Positions 36,811-46,000 of a DNA stretch of 54,799 bases are shown piece by piece; position 1 is the stretch's first letter; each line of letters starts with the position of its first letter. The notes beneath the pieces were generated by a model. That model was not told the origin of the DNA. It worked only from the letters and a program-made list of their open reading frames with translations, and made no database searches. The stretch is from a virus (lineage: Duplodnaviria; Caudoviricetes). The stretch spans positions 1 through 54,799 of IMG/VR virus record IMGVR_UViG_3300043399_000215; one strand, 5' to 3'. The position numbers and the translations under genes are program-made.

Positions 36811-37497
36811 TTAAGGGGCGGGTTTTATGGCTATTGTCGCAGCAGTCCAACAGAATGAGGTAGAGTCTGTACCACCAAAAGAAATAACACCAGGATCATA
36901 AGTACCTGTTGTGTCTCTGACATAACCACCGCAAAGGTTACCTGCGTTAATGGAGTTTTTTGTGAGAAAACTTCTTAGGTATGATGGGTCATTGAAAGGT
37001 GAGGTATTAGGAGAACTACCTGCTGCAAAAACAGCTATCCACGCCCCCTGTGTAACTGGTGTTACTGCTGGAGGGTTGGCATTGGCTGTGTTCAGCCCTT
37101 GAGTAGATACCTGTGCGTCAATAGGGTTCGAGGTATCTACTCCACTCAAGGCGAGAACATAATATACAACAGTCTCAAGTCCTCCTGCATCACGAGTAAA
37201 TGTTGCAGAAGTTTCATCTGCTGTTAAAACCTTGTAAGCAACAATAAAGTTTATTGTATAGGTATCAAAAACCCACCGTTCTGTTATTTGGGTATATCCT
37301 GTGATGTCAAGTACTCTGTCTACTGTATCGTTCATGATCGCAGCAGCAATGATTACAACATCTCCAGCACTAACTGTAGAGCTAAATGGTAAACTAATAG
37401 AAGTTACACCAGAGCCTATCGAAACTGAATCAACCCTGGCTCTTGTAAGCTGTATCTTAGATGCACTTGTTGCTTGCAATAGTTTATGTGTCAGCAT
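36811..37497 (-). CDS. putative fibre-tip/receptor-binding protein, cassette 2
   Basis: beta-rich, S/T-rich; position after the fibre. Confidence 0.55.
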   Translation of the reverse strand: MLTHKLLQATSASKIQLTRARVDSVSIGSGVTSISLPFSSTVSAGDVVIIAAAIMNDTVDRVLDITGYTQITERWVFDTYTINFIVAYKVLTADETSATFTRDAGGLETVVYYVLALSGVDTSNPIDAQVSTQGLNTANANPPAVTPVTQGAWIAVFAAGSSPNTSPFNDPSYLRSFLTKNSINAGNLCGGYVRDTTGTYDPGVISFGGTDSTSFCWTAATIAIKPAP

Positions 37498-38693
37498 TAT
37501 GCATCCCCCACCCTAGCTCCGTAGATTGTGGTACCAACTTTCCAAAGGGTGATTACTGTATATCCCACGGTCTGTAAGGTCGGTGCAACTCCCCCACCCG
37601 TCTTCCATGTAACTGCCAAAGAAGACCATGTTATTGTATAAGCTGTTCCATCATCCACCATTAGTGTAATACTCTGCCCTGCGTTCCATGTCCCTGCTGT
37701 TGGTGTTGAATTACCTGTCAGTGTCCATGTCTGGATGCTGCCATTAGTGGGGGACAATGCTGGTGTTGTGCCCGTAACAGCAAAAACCTCCTCTGTGTAT
37801 CCATCATTAAGTGTAGCACCTGACAATGACGGTGATGTAGCTCTAACAGGAGCACCTGAACCTGTTGCAGCAGTCCAAACAGGTAACGCAGATGCTCCAC
37901 CACCAATCAGAACATCAGTAGTTGCCCCGGCAGCTAAGGTCTGAAGCGCCCCTGTTGCTGTTGTGCCTGCCGCAATTAACCCGTAGGGTGTTGTACTGGT
38001 AGCTCGACCAGTTCCGCCGCCAGCCACAGGCAGCCCTGTGCAGTTGGTCAGCACCCCAGAGGCAGGAGTCCCCAAAGCAGGGGTGGTCAACGTCGGACTG
38101 GTCAACGTCTTGTTGGTCAGAGTTTCAGTCCCTGCCAGTGTTGCAAAGTCACCATCAGACAGCGCAGTATTGAACTGAGCAACAGTACCAGTCAAGGTGT
38201 TGCTGGTGAGGTTGACCGTCTTGTTGGTCAACGTCTGCGTATCTGTAGTACCTACTGCATCGCCCGTTGGTGCAGTCTTACCTGCCCATGCAGCAAGGTC
38301 GGTATCATAACCTTGGACAGTAACACCAATGTCACCAGAGACAAGTACAGTAGGTTTACCTGTAACACCTGTCCACGGTACAGATTCAGCCGCGTCTACA
38401 ATACCGTTGTCTGTAGTATCGTAGACAGCCTTTGTCATGTTACCAACACCATCCAAGCCGTTGTAGACGTTGAATGTACTGGTGCTGCTATCTGAGTATG
38501 TGATGGTGTAGGTATCAGTAGTGCCAGAAGAACCGTTACCTGCCGTTCTACTTATGTCTGTTACACCTCTACCCGGAGCAGTAGCAAGTTTGACAACAGT
38601 TTGAGCAGGCTGGGCAATCTCTAGCTTGCTTATGTTATCACCTTCCTTGACTATCAAAGTCAAGGCTTCGTTAGGTTTTATGACTACTGTCAT
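37497..38693 (-). CDS. tail fibre protein, cassette 2
   Basis: T/G-rich, TLTNKT repeats, LPVAGGGTG; C-terminal TITW...V.W....AP domain. Confidence 0.8.
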   Translation of the reverse strand: MTVVIKPNEALTLIVKEGDNISKLEIAQPAQTVVKLATAPGRGVTDISRTAGNGSSGTTDTYTITYSDSSTSTFNVYNGLDGVGNMTKAVYDTTDNGIVDAAESVPWTGVTGKPTVLVSGDIGVTVQGYDTDLAAWAGKTAPTGDAVGTTDTQTLTNKTVNLTSNTLTGTVAQFNTALSDGDFATLAGTETLTNKTLTSPTLTTPALGTPASGVLTNCTGLPVAGGGTGRATSTTPYGLIAAGTTATGALQTLAAGATTDVLIGGGASALPVWTAATGSGAPVRATSPSLSGATLNDGYTEEVFAVTGTTPALSPTNGSIQTWTLTGNSTPTAGTWNAGQSITLMVDDGTAYTITWSSLAVTWKTGGGVAPTLQTVGYTVITLWKVGTTIYGARVGDA

Positions 38694-38696
38694 GTA

Positions 38697-39086
38697 TTAC
38701 CTCGTTACTTCTCGGAAGACCATTACTTTTCCGTACATCACTGGGTTTTTATTCCCAGCAGCATCTATCATTTCCATGTCCCAGACGTACTGACTGGTAG
38801 GTGCATCTTCACCAGAATCATCAGCCAGCAGTGCAGCAGTTTGAGTGTCGCTAAACTTCCAAGTGAATTCACCATTGACTGCACTTGTGATTGTGAAGAC
38901 AGCCGTAGCAGACGCTGTGGGGCTGCTTGGCAACTTGCGAATCTGAGCAGCAAAGGTGCAGCCAGTTAAGTTGTAGCGAGTCCCGTTGGGGTTTATCATC
39001 GTGCCCTCGTGAGGGCCGAAGGTACAACCCTGACGAATCAGCAGATCAAGTTCTGCTCCTTTGGTTCCTAATACTTCAGCCATCAT
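38697..39086 (-). CDS. fibre adapter/collar protein, cassette 2
   Basis: GTKGAELDLLIRQG...NLTG.TF..QIRK...SQYVWD...FREVT; paralog of 41253. Confidence 0.65.
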   Translation of the reverse strand: MMAEVLGTKGAELDLLIRQGCTFGPHEGTMINPNGTRYNLTGCTFAAQIRKLPSSPTASATAVFTITSAVNGEFTWKFSDTQTAALLADDSGEDAPTSQYVWDMEMIDAAGNKNPVMYGKVMVFREVTR

Positions 39087-39659
39087 TTACTCCCAAGACA
39101 GTACAGGCAATTCAGCTTCAATTTCTGAATAGCCACCCGGAACAGGACGCAAGCCTTGCTCCACATCGTGCAGTACACCCGTCAGCACAGCCCAAGTCAG
39201 AGCAGTCTTCACTGCAATCAAGCGGCACTCTGTACGGAATGTTTCAATAACCGTGCGCTCCTTCAAGGGCAGCAGAGCAATTTCATCGTCAGAAATGTTC
39301 TGGTACTTGCTGGTGCTGTTCACGTCATCATAGCCCTTTTCCTTGGCAAAGTTGTCAAGGCGCTCTTGCACTTGTGCCATGATAGCGTTCTTTAGTTGCT
39401 CACGAGCATTGGCAAGGTTGGCTGTCACTTCGCCAGGAGGCAGTGGGAACACCTGCCAGCGCTGCGCACCGTTCACAGGGTTCAACTCTCGCACACCTTC
39501 AACCATAGGGTCGTAGTGCGGTAAGGGTGTTGGCAGGTAGGATGTGATTCCCAACTCTGCATTGGTGATCTCTTCGTTTGACGGAAAGCTCACGCCAGGG
39601 AACCTGAACCGCAAGGCATCAAACGTGAGTCCGTAGTCATTTCCATGTGTATAGAACAT
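39087..39659 (-). CDS. tail fibre assembly/chaperone-like protein, cassette 1
   Basis: paralog of 36250-36798. Confidence 0.65.
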   Translation of the reverse strand: MFYTHGNDYGLTFDALRFRFPGVSFPSNEEITNAELGITSYLPTPLPHYDPMVEGVRELNPVNGAQRWQVFPLPPGEVTANLANAREQLKNAIMAQVQERLDNFAKEKGYDDVNSTSKYQNISDDEIALLPLKERTVIETFRTECRLIAVKTALTWAVLTGVLHDVEQGLRPVPGGYSEIEAELPVLSWE

Positions 39660-39671
39660 AAGAACCTTTCT

Positions 39672-40787
39672 TTAGCCGTACAAGGCTGATGGGTAGTAAG
39701 CCAGTGTGTTTGTAGAACCAGTTGGGATGGCTGACAGACTTGTAGCGTAGCTACTGAAATAATCATCACCTGATTTTGTAAATTTTTTAATATCAGGTAC
39801 AGTTGTGTTATGCAAAGTTATAAATATTTCAGTACCGTCTTTTGAAAACGCAAAGTGATGCTGGTTTGTGAAACTATTGGCTGTTGTAACCACAGCAAAG
39901 GCATCGACCGTGCGTTTGTATAATTTAACAGCACCAGAGCCAACGTTCAAACTGTAAGTAAGATAAACACCATCATAGGAGAATTCTACAAACTTAGCAG
40001 AATAAGCGCCCGAGTCATGCACAGCAGTAAGTAATGTAAAGGTGTCAGCTGTGCGTTTGTAAACTCTGACGACATATCTACTATTACTAGCAAGTCTACC
40101 TGCGATAGCAAGGTAGACACCGTTTGCTCCCCAGGCAGTTGCGTAAACTTCAGAGAACTCAGTGAAAGTAGTCAGCAAAGCTACAGTTGGAAACGATGAG
40201 CCTGTTTCTGTCAACTTATAGACGCCAACTGCTGTACTTGCTACAAGTCCTGTGAAGTAAGACCCATCTTGTGACCATGACATGTCAATTTTACCGATGT
40301 AGGAGTTGCTACCAGTATCAATGTTCAAGAAATTGATGAAAGTATCACCTGATACTTTATACATGCAGACCATCTTGCGGTCAGTACCGCCAAGCGTGTG
40401 GTATGAACTATCGGCAATGTACTGACCGCTGGGGGAAATGATGACGCTTCGTGAGCTGCCACCCATTGCCCCGGAAGGGGCAAGTTCCGCTAATTTAGAG
40501 ATAGCATTGCCGCTTCTTTTGAAGACCGTTACCGTTTTAGTAAAGCCCCCTGGGTACAGGAGAAGAGTGCCATCGTTAGACCAGACAGGTTTTCCATTGG
40601 AGCCATACAACCCGTCAGCAGCACCGAATTGTGCAACTTGTGAAAAACTGCTACCAAGCCTTCCGTAGACCCTGATAACAGGAGTACTGGTGTCAACATA
40701 ACTACTCGACAAAACCAAGAACGAAGGAAATTCAGTTCCAAGGTAGTTATGATTCATCATCATAAGTCGTTGGCTGTTAAAGTCCAT
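39672..40787 (-). CDS. beta-propeller (WD40-like) putative receptor-binding protein, cassette 1
   Basis: repeated WS.DG..L / FS.DG.YL...YKR..D.F blades. Confidence 0.7.
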   Translation of the reverse strand: MDFNSQRLMMMNHNYLGTEFPSFLVLSSSYVDTSTPVIRVYGRLGSSFSQVAQFGAADGLYGSNGKPVWSNDGTLLLYPGGFTKTVTVFKRSGNAISKLAELAPSGAMGGSSRSVIISPSGQYIADSSYHTLGGTDRKMVCMYKVSGDTFINFLNIDTGSNSYIGKIDMSWSQDGSYFTGLVASTAVGVYKLTETGSSFPTVALLTTFTEFSEVYATAWGANGVYLAIAGRLASNSRYVVRVYKRTADTFTLLTAVHDSGAYSAKFVEFSYDGVYLTYSLNVGSGAVKLYKRTVDAFAVVTTANSFTNQHHFAFSKDGTEIFITLHNTTVPDIKKFTKSGDDYFSSYATSLSAIPTGSTNTLAYYPSALYG

Positions 40788-40794
40788 ACGTACC

Positions 40795-41250
40795 TCAGTC
40801 TGTGTAGCTCAACAGAGAAGCAGCGCGCCAACGAGCGCCAGAGTCATCTGTCAAGAATATGAACAAGTGCGTCTTACCTGTAGACATTACAGGTGCAACG
40901 TCAGAGGGCCACTTCACAGAACTGGGCCAAGTAATCGTACCTGAAGTGTGAGTGATTTCTAGGGTAAAGCTATAGGCTCCAGAGGGTACACTGCTGAAGG
41001 TAAACGTGCTGTTACCAGCAATCGTTTTTGTAAAGTAATTACCAGAGCCGCAGTTAATATCAAGAGCAGGAACTGCTACAATCGTATTCTTAATAGCTCC
41101 ATTAATGTTGGTAGTACCTGTAAAGGTACTGCTTTGCATCGTCTTGTTGCTAAGTGTCTGAACACCTGTTTCAGTTAGGCTTCCAGGGATACCTTCGTTA
41201 ACATACAGTGTTATGTCATTTGTTGCTGGATTTAATACAAGTGAAGTCAT
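40795..41250 (-). CDS. short tail fibre protein, cassette 1
   Basis: QTLSNKT; C-terminal TITWPSSVKW...AP domain. Confidence 0.7.
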   Translation of the reverse strand: MTSLVLNPATNDITLYVNEGIPGSLTETGVQTLSNKTMQSSTFTGTTNINGAIKNTIVAVPALDINCGSGNYFTKTIAGNSTFTFSSVPSGAYSFTLEITHTSGTITWPSSVKWPSDVAPVMSTGKTHLFIFLTDDSGARWRAASLLSYTD

Positions 41251-41252
41251 TT

Positions 41253-41642
41253 TTACTCCTTAGTTACTTCGCGGAACAACTTCACAGTACCAAACAGCAA
41301 GGGTAGCACCTTACCGGATGAGAGAGTGACTTCACAATCCCAGACATACTGACTGTCTGCTGATTCTTCACCTGTGTTGGCAGCGAACATCTCCTTGCTA
41401 CTTGCAGCAGGCAATTCAAACGTTACCATACCGTTCGGCGCATCGGTGATCGTGAAGACCAAGCTGGATTGCACGTAAGGTGCATCAGGTGTCTTGCGAA
41501 TCTGCCCACGGAAGGTTGCACCTGTCAGGTTGATGACCACTCCTGTAGCATCCCGCAGCTGCATCGAATTAGGGCCAAATGTTGTCCCTTGGCGAATCAG
41601 AATATCCAATTCAGCCCCTTTTGTTCCAATAATATCTGGCAT
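41253..41642 (-). CDS. fibre adapter/collar protein, cassette 1
   Basis: paralog of 38697-39086. Confidence 0.65.
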   Translation of the reverse strand: MPDIIGTKGAELDILIRQGTTFGPNSMQLRDATGVVINLTGATFRGQIRKTPDAPYVQSSLVFTITDAPNGMVTFELPAASSKEMFAANTGEESADSQYVWDCEVTLSSGKVLPLLFGTVKLFREVTKE

Positions 41643-41643
41643 T

Positions 41644-42996
41644 TTATGTTAATCCTTCTATTTCTAATGAGCAGAGTGACATGGTTGGATAAGGAATCTC
41701 TACATCAAAACCTTTGTAAAATCCATATACAATAGCCCCCGCTTGAAAACTTGGGTCTTCACTTGCAATCCAAACAGCAGGACTTCCTATAAGTTCTCTT
41801 GCCGTTTCAATGGTTCCGTTGTATGCTGTGTTATCAACCATTACACTGGCTGAAGCTCTGATACTGAACTTACCTTTAATGAAGTTAGTATTCCCAAAAC
41901 TATCTGTCTCTTTTTTGCTATAATCAACAACAGAAACTTTAAAGCCGTACTGAGTCTTACCCATTGTAAAAGTATTACCAACAAGTAACTCACCAACTTC
42001 GATACTGTTTGTACTATTTGTTATAAAGAATGAAACTACACTACCTTGAACTGCTTGTGTGTACACGCAATTACCTCTCAAGATACTTGTACTACCCCAG
42101 ACAGGTAATGCAGAACTTGTAATAGGTTTCATACTTTGAGATGTTATAGCTACGTGAAAAGCATCCGCTGTTGTAGACATGATAGCTGCCGAGTTAGCAC
42201 CTTCAGGTAGCACTACAGTAAGAATAGCAATGGTACTTGGATGTACGCTACTTACACCTTTTGACCTATCAAACATTGCAAAGTCATTGGTAGGTTGAAT
42301 GTATATCCATTTATCAATAGGACTTGTCTCAGGTGGGTTATTCAAGTTGTTGGCTACTTGACTTTCGTATATCCCAAAACTTGATTGAGCACGGAATCCC
42401 TTGGTGTAAGTAATACCAGCATCCCAAACAGGTGTTGAATCTTGAAAATCAGAGTACAATATACCAGAACCACTTATATTATCTGCACTTCTTATTTGAG
42501 GAGAACCCGTAGTAGGTATCCAAGAAGTTCTAAAAGAACCCAGTTCAACCTGAGCATGAGTCAGTGAACCAGTAACTGTAAAGGTAATTGATACGTTACC
42601 TGAACCACTGGGTGTCTTAAATGTAAACTCTTTGATTCCAGACCCTACGTTTGAAACAACAGGATCACCAGTGGATAGTCCAAGACCTCCTATTACTACT
42701 TCACCAGAGCCTCTGAAACTTATAGTGTAGTCACTATCTCTTGAGAGGCTTACTGTCTGAGTAACCAAAGCTATTGTGACTGGTGGGTCTAACGAGGAAG
42801 CTGTATTAAGAAACAAGTTAGTTCTAGTCGGCTCTATCAAAGCACCTCTGAACTCTTTTGTAACAGGATCAAAATCATAACGCAGTTGGTCTACACCCGC
42901 TAGAACTAAGTTTCCATACAAGTCATAATAAGTTGCTGAACTTGACCTAGACAGTGAACATTTTGAATTTACATCAAGAGGTTTAATTACTTTCAT
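41644..42996 (-). CDS. tail tip (distal tail-like) structural protein with inserted domain
   Basis: follows TMP; PTN..AMFD, DYS.K..D.FG, VYG.YK, CSLEIEGL; N-terminal part resembles 52932-54752. Confidence 0.65.
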   Translation of the reverse strand: MKVIKPLDVNSKCSLSRSSSATYYDLYGNLVLAGVDQLRYDFDPVTKEFRGALIEPTRTNLFLNTASSLDPPVTIALVTQTVSLSRDSDYTISFRGSGEVVIGGLGLSTGDPVVSNVGSGIKEFTFKTPSGSGNVSITFTVTGSLTHAQVELGSFRTSWIPTTGSPQIRSADNISGSGILYSDFQDSTPVWDAGITYTKGFRAQSSFGIYESQVANNLNNPPETSPIDKWIYIQPTNDFAMFDRSKGVSSVHPSTIAILTVVLPEGANSAAIMSTTADAFHVAITSQSMKPITSSALPVWGSTSILRGNCVYTQAVQGSVVSFFITNSTNSIEVGELLVGNTFTMGKTQYGFKVSVVDYSKKETDSFGNTNFIKGKFSIRASASVMVDNTAYNGTIETARELIGSPAVWIASEDPSFQAGAIVYGFYKGFDVEIPYPTMSLCSLEIEGLT

Positions 42997-43038
42997 AATT
43001 TCCCTTTAAGAAAGAAGGGTATTTCTACCCCTCTGTTA

Positions 43039-46000
43039 TTAAGTAGCAACCCTAGTTGCTATAGCATCACCGTCAGGTGTAACTCTTTCGAGTATCTTAG
43101 CTGTCTTGGAAGTCCAAGAAACGTTAGCCTGCATTTCATATCTAAGATTTACAATCTCTTCTTTCAATGCTTCAACAACCGCTTGCAAGTCAGAAGAACT
43201 ATTGGTAACAGATTCAGAGATACTACTACCAGCAGAACTAGAAGCTACCGGAGCAGAGTTAAGAACTTCAGGTGCAGCGGCTTGCATATCGGAATTACCC
43301 AACAACTTGTTGATTACACCAGCACGAAGTCTCTGTAGTTCAAGTAAACTACCTACATTACTTTCAGCAAAATCTAGCAAGGCTTTACTATCTTCTACAG
43401 AACCTGACTTATTGAACTGCGCCATCAGTACAGCAAGAGAATTACCTTTTGAATCAGCAGCAGCTATATTTCTTATTCTGTTAACTTCTTCAATAATCCC
43501 ATCTGACATTTGAGCATAAGAACCTATCACATAATCCTGAAGATTCATCAAATCAGCAACTACTTGGGTATTGCCAAGTTTCTGCTGTTCAGTTACCAGA
43601 GTTCTAAATTCACTCATTGACTTGGGAAAGGTGATACCTAGTTTAGCAAAGGCATCGGTTCCTTTTTCAATGTAGTTCGTTACTCTTTCTTGTTCTGAGT
43701 AGAAGTTCTGATAGTATTTACTTAGCTTAGAGTTGGCAGCATCAAGACCACCTAATGCAGCAATGAAGTTCTCTGCCGCTGAATATCCAGCAAGACTGAA
43801 CTCATTGAGTTTCCAGCCAAGGTCTTCAAAGACTTGGTTAGTATTACCAATAACATCACTAAGTCTCTTTAATGTAGAGGATGATTTCTCACCTTCTTTT
43901 TGAAACTTCTTCCAATCCCCAAGAGAGTTTAAAGCAGTGCTAGCAAGGCCTTCAGTTAATTCATCCAAGATACCTTTATAGGCTTCAGGGTCAGCAAGGC
44001 TTTGTCTGATTTCTTTTGTAAAACCATCAAGAGCATTTGCACCAACACCCAGAGTCTTTGCAGTATCAAGTACACCAGCTTTAATCAAGTTAAAGTCGTT
44101 GGCAATAGCTTGTCTTTCGGATTCATCCAAGGCAGACAGAGAGGTAGTGTTACCCTTGAACCTCAAGAAGCCATATTTCTTGTCAGTATATTCTTGACCT
44201 TCAAAGCCAGATGCACCACCGAAAGTACCTTGAATACCTGTTGTAGTTTTACTACCGAAGGCTCTGTTGGTAAGACCACCAAGAGCACCACCAACAGCTG
44301 CACCGATTGGGCCAGCAATAACTGCACCGATAGCTGTACCTAGGTTAACTGCTGTATTACCAGACGAACCACCCATTGCTGAATAGCCATTGGATATAGC
44401 ACGACCTGCGTAGTGCCCTGCAACAGCACCTGCTGCGTAACTCGCCCCGGTCATACCAGCACCACCACCAGTAGCACTAGAACCAGTAGTCGTACCAATA
44501 GCTGTTGTACTAAATCCAGCTTCTTGCATAGCAAGAGCAATAGATTGGCTAGACATTGCAGATGTACCGTAGGTTGCACCAGATGCAATGCTACCAAGAC
44601 CAGCAGCACCTGTAAGGGATGTAGCTGCATTGTACATACTAGCTGCACCTGTAACACCATTCATTAGACTACCAGCAGAACCTCCGGTTTGCATACCAAT
44701 TGCTTGTAGCAAGAGGTTAATACCAGTACCAAAGATTTCATTAACAACTACGTTTACATAAGTTGTAATGGGTTTACGGATTGCTTCTACAAGCATATCA
44801 CGAAGTTTCTTACGTCCTGCTTTACCACCTTCAAACAATGCTGTTACAATGCTGTCGGTTATACCACTGGATATTTTATTAAACTCGTCAATATAAGCCT
44901 TAGCAGCTTTGATTGCTGATTCTTTGTTGATTAAATCAATCTCACCAGCAGCCACTTTCTGGGCTTTACCCAGAGCATCAGCGTAGTCTTCAGGGTCTGT
45001 TATATTCTTCTTTATGTTAGCTTCTGTTTCTGCCAATTTTACATTAACAGCAAGTATAGCTTGTTGCTTCTTATATTCTTCCGTTAGTTTTTCTTGTTCA
45101 TCAGAACTTTTACCTAGGATTGAATACTGAAACTCAAGGTCTTTGACTTGGTTTTGCAAAGCAGCATCTTGTTGCTTGATGTTTTCTGTAACATTCTCAT
45201 AAGCCTTTGCAGAATCTACTAATCCTTTTAGGATAATGTCACTATCTGCTATTCTTTTCTTTTCTATAGCAATTAGTTTTTCCTTGGCATCGGTTTCAGA
45301 AAGGGCTTGTAGCACTCTGAATTTAGCAGAAGCATCCAGTTGTTTCCACTGAGGGTCATCCAGAATATCAAGTCTTAGTTTCTCAGCTTTGGATAAACCA
45401 GAAGTTGCTTCAAGCATTTCTTGGTATTCTGACTTCACAGTAATACCTAGGTCACGAACCTTTTCTTCTGTTTTTCCTAGGTACTTTAACAAGGGATCTT
45501 CTTTTGCTTTTTTATCGTCGCCTAGAATAATCTTCTTCCAACCTACAAGTGCTTCAGCAGCTTTAGCTTGAGATATGATACCCTTAGCCACATCACGTTC
45601 AAGTTCAGCTTGCTTGATCGCAAACTGCTGTTCTTTTGTGAGGGACTTCTGCAATGCATTTGAGTTCTTTATTTCCCATTCGGAGTATTCAGTATTCTTG
45701 CGCTTTACATCACCCTTTTCTTTTTCCTTGTCAATCGTAAGTTGATGTGAGTCAACAATCTCTTTCAGATAAGCAAGTTCTTCTTTGTAAGCAGCTTCGG
45801 TTTGATACCAGCTTGCACCCTCTTGTACTCTTTTAGCCAAATCACCCTGAGCATTTTTAAGCTGTTCTACAATGCTACCTTTACGCCCTACATTGAGTAT
45901 GCTATCCCACATGGATTTAGCACCTGCTGAAATAGCATGAAAGAATGTCTCCAAAGCACCACGCTCTGCTACCAAGTTACCAACAGAATTCTTCATAGCA

